A DNA stretch of 64,000 nt from Caecitellus pseudoparvulus (GCA_965644315.1 CBFFRQ010000064.1:248001-312000), one strand, 5' to 3'; positions 40,855 to 52,931 are shown, numbered from the stretch's first letter. Notes: a model not told the origin generated them from the sequence alone. Made by a program: numbers and translations.

Positions 40855-43800
40855 TCATTCTTCTTGGGAAGGGACCCCACCTGCAGCGGCAGCTGGGCAT
40901 GGCGCCAGGGCACAGGCAAGCAGTGCGACGTGCACAAGCAGCACGTACACGAGCAAGACGGCAGCTGGGCTCTGCATCAGTGCCGCTGGGGCTTTCTTGG
41001 CTCGTACTACAAGCTGCTGCCCTTGTGCAATCAGGCGCCGCCAGTCCAACAGCGGGGAGCGGCGCAGGTCATCGTCTGGGTCTTGGTGGGGCGTGCTAGA
41101 CGCAGCTGCAGAGTCCGTTGCATGCCTGCTGGGCCCTGTTGCTGTGCTGGCCCTCAGCAAGGGGGCTGTCGCACTCGCGTTCAGGTCCGGCTCGCCGCTG
41201 TCAAAGTCCTGGCTGACATCCGCCAACTCAGGTGCCACCTGCCGAGGCGCCAGCAGATCAGTGATGTCAGCCACCACATCTCCGTTTGTGTGCGCCAAGT
41301 GTGACTGCACGCCGAGGAGCGCCTCTCTCAGCGCTGCCGTGAAACGCTTGTCCAGCGTGCGGGCATGGCGCACCAGGCCTGGTAGTAAGCCCTCACTCGC
41401 AGCACTCACAGCGCTGGCCTTTGTCTGAGCCTCAAGCTTTGTCTGCAATTCAGCCATTCGCTCGGCGAGCTCCTCCAGCTCGGCTTGCTTGGCTTGCACT
41501 TGCATCCGCAACCCCTGCTCAGCTGCAGATGGTCCATCGCTTGGTTGCGCTTTGGCCTGCTGTGACTGCAGCTGGGATTGTGCGGCCGCCAACTCGGCTT
41601 GCACACCGGACAGCGCATCATCGACCGCAGCTTTTGCGGCAAGGGCTTCCTCTCGAGCAGATGTCGCCTCTGCAAGCTGACTCTCCAATTCCTGGGCAGC
41701 CTTCTGTGCTGAGGATGCCTGTGCTTTGGCTTGGGCCAGCTCGGCGGCCATGTCTGGGGCGGGTGCGGCATCCACGTCCGCTTCCGAGTCACGCGAGCGC
41801 TGCAGCGCTTCTTGCAGCTCTTCAATCTGCGCTTCAAGCGATGCAGCCTTGCGCTTGGCTTGGGCTTGCACCTTCTTGAACTGCCCCATGCGAACTGCTT
41901 CCTTTTCGCGTGCAGCATCCAGAGCACTCTGAGCAGCCTCCAAAGCAGCTTCAGCCTGTACCGCTCGTTGAGTGTCAGACGAAGCCCCAGACTTGGCTGC
42001 ATCCAAATCCGCTGCAGCCGCAGCTAGCTTCTGCTCGAGGTCGCTGTTGACTTGCTTGAGGCGAGTCAGCTGCGCATTTGCATCCTCTGCAGCAGCCGAC
42101 TTTGCCTGGAGCGCCTCGTTTGCCGTAACAAGCTCCTTGCGCAAGCTGGCAAGGTCTGCTTGCATCTTTTCCTGGGCTGCTTCCTGCTGTGCCTGCAGCG
42201 ATGCGAGTTCAGCCTCCCGGGCCTGCACTCCGTCCAGCCGGCTCATGTGGTGCTCCACCTGCCCTCGTGCCTCTTGCAGATCAGAAGACAGGTCTGCAAT
42301 GGTTCCCTGTGCAGAACGCAGGTCCTCATTTGCTTGCTCCAGCGAGGCTCGGTCTGCAGCGTGATCATGTGTGGCAGCAGCAAGCTCTTGCTCAAGCCGC
42401 TGTACTTCTGACTTGAGGCTTTCCGCTTCACTCTCAAGGTCTTCTTGTCGCTTCAAACTCGCCTCTACCCTCGCATTGGCTTTCTGCAGCCTCAGTGTTG
42501 CCGAATCAAGTTGCTGTCGCAGCGCATGAGCGGTCTGCTGCTCAGAAGAAATTTGGGATTGTGCCGCCTCCAGCTCACCCCGCAGTGCCGCAATGGTGCC
42601 ACGCGCCTCCTCCAGCTCCTGCCCCGCGCTGCCAGCCGCCTCCAGCTCACCCCGCAGTGCCGCAATGGTGCCACGCGCCTCCTCCAGCTCCTGCCCCGCG
42701 CTGCCAGCCGCCTCCAGCTCACCCCGCAGTGCCGCAATGGTGCCACGCGCCTCCTCCAGCTCCTGCCCCGCGCTGCCAGCCGCCTCCAGCTCACCCCGCA
42801 GTGCCGCAATGGTGCCACGCGCCTCCTCCAGCTCCTGCCCCGCGCTGCCAGCCGCCTCCAGCTCACCCCGCAGTGCCGCAATGGTGCCACGCGCCTCCTC
42901 CAGCTCCTGCCCCGCGCTGCCAGCCGCCTCCAGCTCAGGTGCCGATTCAGAGGCATCGCATGATTTTGCTTGTGCCAGTTGAGCTCGCAAGGAAGCTAGT
43001 TCGTCCGCATATGCCTGTTTGGCGCTTTGCAGCGCATCAGCTGCCTTGACTGTTTCTTCTTCTTGCAACATCTCCATGCGCATGAGGGCTTCTTGAGTGC
43101 TCTTGAGCTCAGCCTCCGCATCAGATGCTCGCTTTGCCGACTTCTCCAGCTCTGACCGCAAGTCTGCTAGTTCAGCGGCATGAGTGTGGGATTTCTCTTC
43201 TGCCTCATGCAGAGCAGCAGCGCTGGACACCGCCTCGTCACGGGCTGCAGTCAGGCCGGCCACCTCCTCACGCAAAGCAGCAGCGCTGGACACCGCCTCA
43301 TCACGGGCTGCAGTCAGGCCGGCCACCTCCTCACGCAGAGCAGCAGCGCTGGACACCGCCTCGTCACGGGCTGCAGTCAGGCCGGCCACCTCCTCACGCA
43401 GAGCAGCAGCGCTGGACACCGCCTCGTCACGGGCTGCAGTCAGGCCGGCCACCTCCTCACGCAGGGCGCTCACGTCTTCACCAGGGACAAATTCTGCATC
43501 ATCACGCTTTTCGGCACGTCGCAAAGCCTGGTCTTTCTCGTCTATCTCCCGTCGCAGCACCGAAGCTGCTGAGTGGGCCACAGCAAGCTGCTTCTCAAGA
43601 GATGTGCAGCGAGCCTGGGTGTCTGAGAGAGTTGCTTGGAGTTGCTCGCGATCTTCAGACTGCACAGGCGTGGCAGCGGCAGCTTTGAGCTGCTCCTCCA
43701 GCGCTGCAATGTGTGTGGCGCTCTCCTCTCGCAGTGTGGCGAGCTGCGCGCGCAAAGCATGCACCTCGTGCTGTGCGCTGCGGCCCCCGCCCCCTACGAA

Positions 43801-44205
43801 GGAGGCATCGCCAGCATCTTCTTCATCTTCTTCTTCTCCTGTGAAACTGCTCAGGAGCCCACCCACAGCGTCGGTGATGTTGGCGGAGAACTGCGCCAGG
43901 TCTGCATCATCATCATCGTCTCCTGGAGAGGAGGCGGCCTGAGTCTCTCCGCCCGAAGGCTGCGGCGGGGCTTCCCCACCTGAAGTGGCGGGAGCACTGC
44001 GGGACTCGACATCAGCACTGCCATTTTGGCCGAGTTGCTCATCGTCTTCTTCCCCAGTCTCCATGCCAGGGCCTTCCCCCAAGTCTTCCAGAGCCGTCGT
44101 GGCCAGATCTGCAGCAGACTTGAGCCCGGAATTCCAGGTGTCAGACGCGTCAGCGAGGGTCTTGCCCAGGTCAAACCCAGACCAACCCCATGATTCCTCC
44201 GCCAT
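40855..44205 (-). CDS. Tail-anchored golgin-like coiled-coil protein (golgin-84/CASP-like TM)
   Basis: Trp/Phe-rich N-terminal peptide (MAEESWGWSGFDL), about 800 aa of coiled coil, and C-terminal TM LLVYVLLVHVALL with the Y....H spacing of golgin-84/CASP. Confidence 0.7.
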   Translation of the reverse strand: MAEESWGWSGFDLGKTLADASDTWNSGLKSAADLATTALEDLGEGPGMETGEEDDEQLGQNGSADVESRSAPATSGGEAPPQPSGGETQAASSPGDDDDDADLAQFSANITDAVGGLLSSFTGEEEDEEDAGDASFVGGGGRSAQHEVHALRAQLATLREESATHIAALEEQLKAAAATPVQSEDREQLQATLSDTQARCTSLEKQLAVAHSAASVLRREIDEKDQALRRAEKRDDAEFVPGEDVSALREEVAGLTAARDEAVSSAAALREEVAGLTAARDEAVSSAAALREEVAGLTAARDEAVSSAAALREEVAGLTAARDEAVSSAAALHEAEEKSHTHAAELADLRSELEKSAKRASDAEAELKSTQEALMRMEMLQEEETVKAADALQSAKQAYADELASLRAQLAQAKSCDASESAPELEAAGSAGQELEEARGTIAALRGELEAAGSAGQELEEARGTIAALRGELEAAGSAGQELEEARGTIAALRGELEAAGSAGQELEEARGTIAALRGELEAAGSAGQELEEARGTIAALRGELEAAQSQISSEQQTAHALRQQLDSATLRLQKANARVEASLKRQEDLESEAESLKSEVQRLEQELAAATHDHAADRASLEQANEDLRSAQGTIADLSSDLQEARGQVEHHMSRLDGVQAREAELASLQAQQEAAQEKMQADLASLRKELVTANEALQAKSAAAEDANAQLTRLKQVNSDLEQKLAAAAADLDAAKSGASSDTQRAVQAEAALEAAQSALDAAREKEAVRMGQFKKVQAQAKRKAASLEAQIEELQEALQRSRDSEADVDAAPAPDMAAELAQAKAQASSAQKAAQELESQLAEATSAREEALAAKAAVDDALSGVQAELAAAQSQLQSQQAKAQPSDGPSAAEQGLRMQVQAKQAELEELAERMAELQTKLEAQTKASAVSAASEGLLPGLVRHARTLDKRFTAALREALLGVQSHLAHTNGDVVADITDLLAPRQVAPELADVSQDFDSGEPDLNASATAPLLRASTATGPSRHATDSAAASSTPHQDPDDDLRRSPLLDWRRLIAQGQQLVVRAKKAPAALMQSPAAVLLVYVLLVHVALLACALAPCPAAAAGGVPSQEE
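42562..42936 (-). repeat. Coding tandem repeat, 72 bp x5.2 (ELEAAGSAGQELEEARGTIAALRG)
   Basis: Identical 72-bp units read directly from the sequence. Confidence 0.95.
43210..43464 (-). repeat. Coding tandem repeat, 63 bp x4 (LREEVAGLTAARDEAVSSAAA)
   Basis: Near-identical 63-bp units with a couple of synonymous differences. Confidence 0.95.
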
Positions 44206-44744
44206 GCCTCAAGTTTGCAGCGTGGGAGGCGCGCTGTCCTGCCTCAGCCACGTGGCTTTACCCACTGGTGTGGTGCTGAAACGCGCGCGAAACGCAGCGA
44301 GCCAAGCGTCCGAGCAAGCAAACAGTGTGCAGTGGCTGAAGCGGGGGTGCGCATGAGAAAGCTAGATATGCGATACACCCGAGTTGGAGGTCAGTGATTC
44401 AGTCTTGGCATGATTGTAGACCTGGCGGGCAGATGTCAGCGCGCTGTCGTTTGTCGTTGACAATCTAGAAAGAGGCATGGCACGGGAGAGCAGGCAAGCT
44501 CAGTGCGACCATAAATCAAACCTCGTCTAACTGAACCCAGCGTGACGGCGAATCTGCACGACTCCCTCGCGTGAAGGCTGGCAAGCTCTGCTCGCCCAGC
44601 AAGTACCCGCGCTGCCCGAGCCTTCCCTGATTGCGCACGACGAAGCTCCTCAGCGTCCAGTCGGCACAGGGCAGCCTTTGAGGGACAAGCTTGACCCACC
44701 AAGTCCAAGGCTGAAGGTTTACCCGATAAGTGGCACTGGTCAGC

Positions 44745-46841
44745 ATGGCTTCTCTTTTTTTCGGGTCTGAGCAGCCTCCACAGCTGCCGGGTACGTGTCG
44801 TGGCGTTTCTGCACCACCAACACGCCAGCGCAGCACTGCTGCCATCCAACGCGTGCAGGGGGGCTAACGATGCTCATCCAGGATGCCACTTCAGATGCCT
44901 TGTCCACGCCTGACTGGGGTGCGAACCTGACCATCAGTGACAAAGTCAAGGTGCTGTCGTCAGCCGAGTGAGTGATGAAGCGTCGTGGAAGGCCACCGGC
45001 AATGCGGACACGCACATCCCTGCGAGGGATCGCACACGGCGGGCTTCCCGTGCGCATTTTATGGGCTTCACCATCATGTTGCTACTGGCTTTGCGCAGCA
45101 TGGCTGATGTCGTGAAAGTCCTGCGTTTGCAGCTGACCAAGGGCACCAAGCGCACCAAGCTCCTGGCACTCTTCCTGGTCGAAAGCCTGTCGAAGAACTG
45201 CGGCATGAAGTTCCTCCAAGCAATGGGCACAGCCGAGTTCATGGCTGCCTTCAAGAAGATCGCCAAGGTGCGTTGGTTGCTCTGCGGAAGTCTGTCGTCA
45301 ACTTCCGCACACCACGCCAAGGTTACGTGAGCCTGGATACCTCGAAAAACGCGTTTCTGCAGGACTTCAAGGGCAAGCGCGATGAAGGGAGTAAGATGGT
45401 GTCAGAGAAAGCTTTGGAGCTGGTGCAGACTTGGGGTGAGGAGTTCCTGGCCATCAAGGATCGCTACGGCTTGGGTGCCTTTGTTGCCACGTACCACGAG
45501 CTGCGAGCAGCATCTTACGTGTTCCCACTGAAGCAACTGGACGAGACCCGTCCACCAGTATTCACCCCTCCAGCTGTGCACGCGGAGGCGGCACCCGCAA
45601 GTGCGCCGGCATCTGCACCCACCGCCCCTCCTGCCCCCGAGTACCCACAGCAGCGCCCCGAGAGCAGCTTGCCAGGTGACGCGCGCGTCCTGCGTGCACA
45701 AGCGAACATGGTGGCGGAGATGCTGCAAGCCATCACTTCCAAGAGCGACGCACAGTCCAACGACGTGCTGCCCGAGATGCTGGAGCAGCTCAAGTCCCAT
45801 CTGCCTAAGCTGCAACAAGCGGTGGGTGCGGCCCTGTCTGGGGCGCCGGAGCTCGCCGAGGGTCTCCTGAACCTGAACGACGACATCCTCGTGGCAGACA
45901 AGCTGTGGCAGTACATGAAGCGCCACGGCCCCCCCCAGGCTCCTGCACCGGTGTCTGAGCCAGGACCAACGGGAGCTGCGCCTGAAGACGGGGATCTGCT
46001 GGGCGTCGACTCCGCCCCAGCCCCAGCGCCGGCGCCTGCACCCGCAGCAGAAGGCGGCGCGTATTCTCTGTCTCACCCCTCAGGCCGGCGCTTGGCAGTG
46101 CGCCATGAGCCGGAGCAGAGCGACCCATTTGCCGCACGCGGCAGCGGCTCAGCCCTCGTGGGCGCCTCAGCATCCACCACGACAGACAACCTGGCTTCAG
46201 GCATCTCAAGGCAGGACAGTGGCAAGTCTGCCATGCCAGCGCAAGGCGTGCGACATGGCGTGTCAGGGTCACAAAGCCGCACTTCCGTCGCTGCCGCCGC
46301 ATCCATCGGCTCCCTGGACAAGGGGGACACCATCCGCATTGCCGGTGCCAAGGGCACACGTCGCCGCCGCAACAGGGGGACATCTGGAGGCCTTCGAGCG
46401 CCTAGTGGGGACGGGCGTCTCCGCACCAGCTCCTCTGCATCTGCCACGTCAGCTGGCATCGGCGACGCCACTGGCGTGGATGACTTGCTGGGTGGACTGG
46501 ATGCTCCGGCGCCAGCCCCCGCGCCTGTCCAAGCTGGCGACAGCAGCGACCCCTTTGCAGCTCTGTCTGGCCCAGCACCCACCCAGGCGCCTGCACCGTC
46601 GCCCGCTCCTGCTCCTGCTCCTGCGCCCAGCGGTCACGGGCTGGACCTAGACAGTCTGTTTGCCATGGGGCCTGGACCGGGTGGCCCGCCACCACCCCCC
46701 GTCCCCGCTGCTGGAAGCCACGCGCCTCCTCCTGCTGCAACGGACCCCTTTGCCTCCCTTGGCACATCCCAAGCACAGCCCCGGCAAAGCCCTGCCCCTG
46801 CCCCCGCACCAGCGTCGAACAACCCATTTGACATGTTCTAA
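44745..46841 (+). CDS. TOM1-like VHS-GAT ubiquitin/clathrin adaptor; 4 exons
   Basis: VHS domain IQDATSDALSTPDWGANL...LALFLVESLSKNCG...KALELVQTWG...YHELRAASYVFP; GAT-like LLNLNDDI; tail with DPF x3, DLLG x2 and terminal NPF. Confidence 0.88.
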
Positions 46842-46857
46842 TGCGACACTGACGCTG

Positions 46858-46865
46858 AATGCATT
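46858..46865. terminator. Palindromic AATGCATT, candidate bidirectional 3'-end element
   Basis: Between convergent stops at 46841 and 46874. Confidence 0.45.
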
Positions 46866-46873
46866 GCATGCCC

Positions 46874-48207
46874 TCACACCATGAGGATGCGGTACTTCTC
46901 CTCTGATGGCACGTGCCGGAAGACGACCCTGCCCCGGTAAGACACACTGCCGTGGATCCAGGCGTTGGCGCCAGACCACGCCATGGCTGTCACGGTGTCG
47001 TCATGCAACTGGGCGACGTCCACCGACGTGTCGCTGAGTGCGCGGGCCGTGGAGGGCACGGCACCGCCCTCCCCCCCTTCCTCTTCCTCCAGGTCCTGCT
47101 CGATGAGGGGGGCGGAGGAGGTGGAGGAGATGCGCCAGGTGATGACGGCTCCATCCGCGCCGGCAGTCAAGACGAGCTGGTCGTGGAAGCGATTGAACGC
47201 GGCGGCGGTGACCCAATGGTCGTGCGCGTGCAGTTCCTTGAGTGGCCCCTTGTCCAGGCGCCGCAGGTCCCAGATGCGCACCACGCCGTCCTCGTTCCCC
47301 GTCAACACCTGTCGGGGTTTGTTGGGGTTGTAGCTCAGCGCGCGCACCCGGGTTTCGGCGCCTGCCACAGTCACGGCATGCTTGCCGTCAGGCAAGGCGC
47401 TGGGGACGCCTGCGGTGGTGTGCAGGGAGCGGATGCTGTCACTGGTGCCCTCCCCGGTGAAGGAGCTGCGGACGTCGAACCAGCGCACTTCAGCTCCGTG
47501 GGCGATGCCGATCTCGTGGGCAGAGTGGGGGTCCCACGCCACCGCCCCAGCGGCGCCCCCCACAGGCGTATCCACGCGGCCCACAGGTGCCAGCGCTGAA
47601 GCGCCTCCCGCCCCCAGCGCAGAGGACACGTCCCATAGGCGCACGGATGGGCCCTCCACGCTCAGCAGGCGCGCGTCTGCGGGGCCAGACGCGTGGGGGT
47701 CCCACAGGATCTGCTTCACCCGCGTCTTGTGTCCCCGCAGCACTGCCTGCTCCTCCAGATCTGCGTCTCCGCTTACAGGCGCAGAATCTGCATCGCTACC
47801 GGCATCACTGCCGGCGTCGCCGCCAGGCAGGGCCATGCGCCAGACTGTGGCAGCGTGTGTGCCGGAGTCTGCGTCGCTGTGGCCAGTTGCGAGGGCCGTG
47901 GCGTCCCAGGGACAGGTTGCGATGCTCCACACTTCCGCGTGGTGGGGCAGGATGGCCTTGCAGGTCACACTGGTGGCATCGTCGTCCACTTCCAGCAGGT
48001 GCAGCTGCCAGACAAGGGTGCGGGGGGCCGTGCGTGTGCAAGCCTTGGGCGGCGAGCCACGCGCTGCCTTCTCACCTCGTTGTCGCCCTTGATGGAGGAG
48101 GTGCCGACAAGGAACAAGTGCTCTTCTTCTTCAGCAATCACTGCGTCCATGGCCCTGCATGCGCCGTGCTGCAAGCCATCGTACGTGGCTGGTGAATGTG
48201 CTGCCAT
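46874..48207 (-). CDS. EIPR1: EARP/GARP-interacting WD40 protein EIPR1 (TSSC1); 2 exons
   Basis: FLVGTSSIKGDNE/LHLLE, YNPNKPRQVLTG, HDHWVTAAAFNRFHDQLVLT, and SVSYRGRVVFRHVPSEEKYRIL. Confidence 0.9.
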
Positions 48208-48392
48208 GGCAGCGGTGCGGAAATCGCCTCCACCAGGGCCAGGGCACAGGGCAGCCGACTGCAAGGGAGTGCGAGGCCAGGGAGGGGTCAAACCCCAAAT
48301 GCTGACGAGCTGCCTGAAGTGCCAGGCGCAAGCGGGCAGGCTTTGATTGCTGCCAGGCGTACATTGCGTGCCAGGGGAGGGTCCATGCCAGC

Positions 48393-49551
48393 TTACTCCT
48401 TGGGGGCGTAGGCGCAAGTGTCAGGGAAGACGCAGCCAGACTGCTGGATGACCTGCCCTGCGGCCCAGTGCCCTGCATCCACAGCAGTGGCCAGGGGCGC
48501 GCCCTTGAGGAAGTAGGCCAGGAAGCCGCCCACGAAGGCGTCGCCAGCGCCGTTGGTGTCCACGATGGCAGCGGCGTCAATGGGCGTGACGGGGAACTCC
48601 ATCACCTTGCCGTCCACAGCGACAATGGTGGGGTCAGAGCCCTGTGTGATGATGGCCAGGCGGGCGTGGGTGCCGCTGGCCTTGGGCAGGGCGGCGATCT
48701 TGGTGGCCACCTCCGCCACGCTGGCGCCGGCGAAGCTGTTGGCCTCTGCGAAGGCAGCTGCCTCAGACTCGTTGCCGAAGACGATGTCGGCGTAGGGCAG
48801 GACGGAGTGCATCTGCTCCTTGAAGACGGAGCAGAGGAAGGGCGCGGAGAGGTTGGTGGCGAAGTAGTTGCCTGTCTCAGCGGCGTGCTTGCCGGCGGCG
48901 ATCATGGAGGCAGGGGACACGGTGAGGAAGAAGCCGGCGGAGTACACAAGCTTGGAGCCCTTGATGACGGCCTGCATGGCGTCGGTGCTCAGGTGGTCGA
49001 TCTTGAAGTTGTTGGCGGCGGCGATGTTGGCCACGAGGCTGCGCTCCTTGTCCTTGATCAGCACAGCGCAGGTGCCGGTGGGGGTCGTGTCATCCTCCAT
49101 GTACAGGGCGTTGACGCCGTCCTTGGCGGCGGCGGCCTTGAGCTGCGTGCCGAAGGCGTCCTTGCCGATGGAGCCAGTGTACGCGGTGGCGCCAGCCACG
49201 CCCAGCATCCACTGTGCGACGCGGATGGAGTTCTGGGTGGCGCCGCCTGCGATGTAGTCCACAGAGTACCCGGAGGTCAGCTCCTCGTACAAAGGCACGT
49301 GCTTCTCCTCGGCCAGGATGGCGTTGTTCATCGTCACCTCGTACCTGCGGGGTTGCGGTGAGCGTGTGTGGCGGGGGTGCGGAAAATGACAACCTTGCCT
49401 CCGGCGCTTGTTCCTGGCCACGAGAGCAGGTGTCGGCCGCACACACTCACTTGTCAAGGATGTCCTGCCCCACCTCGGCAGAGATATCCAGCAGGGGGTT
49501 GCCCATGCCCAGCAGGGCGCCCTCCAGGGAAGTGCTGTCAGCGGCGGCCAT
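48393..49551 (-). CDS. ADK: Adenosine kinase; 2 exons
   Basis: LLGMGNPLLDISA, YIAGGATQNSIRVAQW, NLSAPF, FGNESEA and PfkB motif DTNGAGDAFVGGF. Confidence 0.96.
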
Positions 49552-49720
49552 GTTTGGTTCACGTGGGTGGCTGGTGCTCGAAAGTGCAAGTGGCGAGGGT
49601 GGATGAGGCGAGGCTGGCAGGTGTAGAAGCGGGAAAGTATCACCGTGGCATCTGTGCCCGTGACCCTGACATGCACCCCTCTCCCCCCCGCGTGCAGGCA
49701 TCAGGTGCATTGCCCACATT

Positions 49721-51078
49721 CTACGGCAGAGTGTCCATCTGGGACAGATCCCGGGCCATGTTCTTCTGGTGAGCCTCCAGGGTCCCGCCGCCGATCTCCA
49801 GGAGCTTGGCATCGCGCCACAGCTGCTCCACGGCGTACTCCCCGCAGTAGCCATACCCGCCCAGCACCTGGATGGCACGGTCTGCGACATTCTTGCCCAT
49901 GACAGAGCAGTACAGCTTCACGCCATCGCTGTCCACACGGTTGCCTGTGGAAGCCAGGTCCAGGTTCTTGGCAACGTTGTACACATACGCCTTGCCTGCG
50001 GCGTACTCGGCGTAGCTGTCTGCGATGTGGCGCTGCACCTGCCCAAAACTGTGCAGCTTGCTGCCAAACGCCTCCCGCTCCTTCGCGTACTTGCTCATGA
50101 CCTCGATGCTGCGCCGGGCGATGCCGAGGGACATGGCGGCCAGGGCCAGGCGCTCCAGCTCCAGGTTGCGCATCATGGCCAGGACGGCGTCACCCTCGCC
50201 GCCGACAAGGTTGGCGGCCGGCACACGGACGTCCTCAAACACCAGCTCCCCGGTGGCAGAGGCACGCATGCCGCACTTGTCCTTGATGCGCTGGCCCAGC
50301 GAAAAGCCAGGCATGCCTTTCTCCACCAGGAACAGGGAGTGCTTGCCCATGCCGGACCTGCGTGAGGGGGGGTGGCATGTCGGGAGTTGCGGCTGAGCTG
50401 GCGCTTCACAAGTGCAGTGCAGCAGCGTATTCCCACTCACCCTTCGGCCGTGCGCGCGTACACGAGGAAGTTGTCCCCCAACTCCGTGTCGTTGATGCAC
50501 CCGTTGGTGATCCAGAACTTCGTGCCGTTCAGGACCCACTCGTCGCCGTCCTTGGCAGCTCGTGTTCGCATGCCCAGCACATCCGTGCCGCAGCTTGGCT
50601 CTGACATGCCCATGCCGCCAATCGTCGCGCCGGAGCAGGCGTCAGGGAGGTACTTGGTCTTCTGCTCGGCATTGCCGTTGTGGTACAGGTTGTTCACGAA
50701 CAGCATGGAGTGCGCCAGGTACGACAGGCAAAAGGCAGGGTCGGCGGCAGATAGCTCTTCGTGCACGATGCAGGCAGCCGTGGCGTCCATGCCGCTGCCG
50801 CCGTACTCAGCGTCCACGGTGATGCCCAGCAGCCCCAACTCGCCACACTTCTTGTACAGGTCCATGTTGAACTCCTCCTTGCGGTTCCACTCCAGCGCCT
50901 GCGGGGCGACCTCCTTCTCGGCGAAGGAGCGCACCATGCTGCGCAGTGACGCATGCTCGTCCGTGGGCGTGAAGATGTCGCCGACAGAGGTGGAGGTGGC
51001 CATGCAGCGCAGGCCTTGCAGGGCCCGCGGGGCGGCAAGGGCGCCCCGTGCCACTCGTGCTGCCATGCTGAGAGCCAT
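49721..51078 (-). CDS. IVD: Isovaleryl-CoA dehydrogenase, mitochondrial; 2 exons
   Basis: Presequence, LSYLAHSMLFVNNL, GMSEPSCGTD, LNGTKFWITNG, LELERL, IQVLGGYGY and RDAKLLEIGGGT. Confidence 0.9.
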
Positions 51079-51219
51079 GGTTGCAGATCAAGCGGGTGCG
51101 TGCAGGGGGGTCGGGCTGGGCGTGCGCGTGAAGTGGCGTGGTGCGGAAAGTGTCCAACCAGCACAAATGCCGGCAAGCTGCATGCATTCCCCAGGGGCCT
51201 AGCGCGCCCTGGTCACCCC

Positions 51220-52931
51220 TCACCGCATGTTCTTGATGACTGCCTGCCCGAACTCGCTGCACTTCAGCAGCGTCGCGCCCTCCATCAGGCGCTCAAAGTC
51301 GTACGTGACAGTCTTGGCGCCAATGGCGCCGTCCATGCCGGCGATGATGAGGTCAGCAGCCTCGTTCCACCCCAAGTGGCGCAGCATCATCTCCCCAGAC
51401 AGGATGACGGAGCCAGGGTTCACCTTGTCTTGGCTGGCGTACTTGGGCGCCGTGCCGTGGGTGGCCTCGAAAATGGCGTGGCCGGTGTCGTAATTCACGT
51501 TTCCGCCTGGCGCGATGCCAATGCCGCCCACCTGAGCCGCCAGCGCGTCCGACAAGTAGTCCCCGTTCAAGTTCATGGTGGCGATGACGTCGAAGGAGGA
51601 CGCACGCGTGAGCACCTGCTGCAGGGCGATGTCAGCGATGGCGTCCTTCACCATCAACATCTTCTTCCACGCGCCGTTGCCGTGGCTGGCGCCGATGGCC
51701 TCCATCACAGCCTTGACCTCCCCCACCACGTCAGCCTGCTGCCCGGCCGTCATCATGTCGAAGCCTGGCTCCACCATCTTGGCGTTGTCTGACGCAGACA
51801 GGCCGGGGTGCTTGTCGGCATTGTCCAGGATCCAGCTCTCGCGCTCCGTGACGATGGAGCCGCGGAACTGGGACCGAGCGATGTCGTACCCCCACTCCTT
51901 GAAGCCGCCTTCGGTGTACTTCATGATGTTGCCCTTGTGCACCAGCGTCAAGCTCTTGCGCTGGTTGTCCAGGGCGTACTGGATGGCAGCGTGCACCAGA
52001 CGGGCAGTGCCCTCCTGGGACACTGGCTTGATGCCCAGGGCAGCAGTCTTGGGGAAGCGCACCTTCTTGGAGACGCCCTTCTGCTCCAGCCAGGACATGA
52101 GCTCGCCCGCCTCGTCGGAGCCAGCCTGGAACTCGATGCCGGCATAAATGTCCTCAGTGTTCTCACGGAAGATGACCATGTCCACATCCTCAGGCTTCTT
52201 CACGGGGGATGGAACGCCCTTGAAGTACCGCACCGGGCGCAGGCACACGTACAAGTCCAGCTCTGCGCAAGGGATGCGTGGGGGGGGGTGTCGTCATGCC
52301 GGGCCAGCGGCGCCGTGCGGAAAATGAACAATTGGGCTGTCGACGGCTCTGGCGCCCAGTGCACTCATACAAGCACCCTGCAGCCCGCTGGCAAGGCGAC
52401 ACACGCGCTGTCGCGGCGAAAGGCGGCCATCCGTGCACAGGGCTTCCCCGGAACGCCTCTCAGCTGCGCCCGGCACACAGGCTGCAGCAGGGCCAACCAC
52501 GCTGTCCAACTTCCGCGACACTAACCTTGGCGCAGCGCGACGTTGAGGGAGCGAATACCGCCGCCGATGGGGGTGGTCAAGGGACCCTTGATGCCCACCA
52601 AGTGCTTGCGGTAGGCGTCCAGGGTTGCCTCGGGCAGCCACTCGCCAGTGGCACGGAAAGCCTTCTCGCCCGCCAGCACTTCCTCCCAGGCAATACGCTT
52701 GGACCCGCCGTACGCCTTCTCCACGGCTGCATCCAGCACTGCCTGAGCAGACTTCCAGATGTCAGGCCCAGTGCCATCACCCTCAATGAAGGGGATGATG
52801 GGCTCGTCAGGCACCTGCAGGACTCCGTTCGAGTCCATCGTGATGCTGCTGGCTGCACGGGCGTGTGCGGGAATGGCCACAGCAGCCCTGGCGGCGGCTG
52901 CCACACCTCGGGCGGCAGCAGAGGCCAACAT
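51220..52931 (-). CDS. icd: NADP-dependent isocitrate dehydrogenase, bacterial homodimeric (E. coli Icd-like) type with presequence; 2 exons (intron 52525-52263)
   Basis: [91 protein letters not shown] and TVTYDFERL. Confidence 0.95.

Noticed and set aside
44400-44540. Possible C/D snoRNA (ATGATT...CTGA) in the divergent promoter region
   Set aside because: Box C is imperfect, and I could not support a terminal stem or rRNA complementarity.
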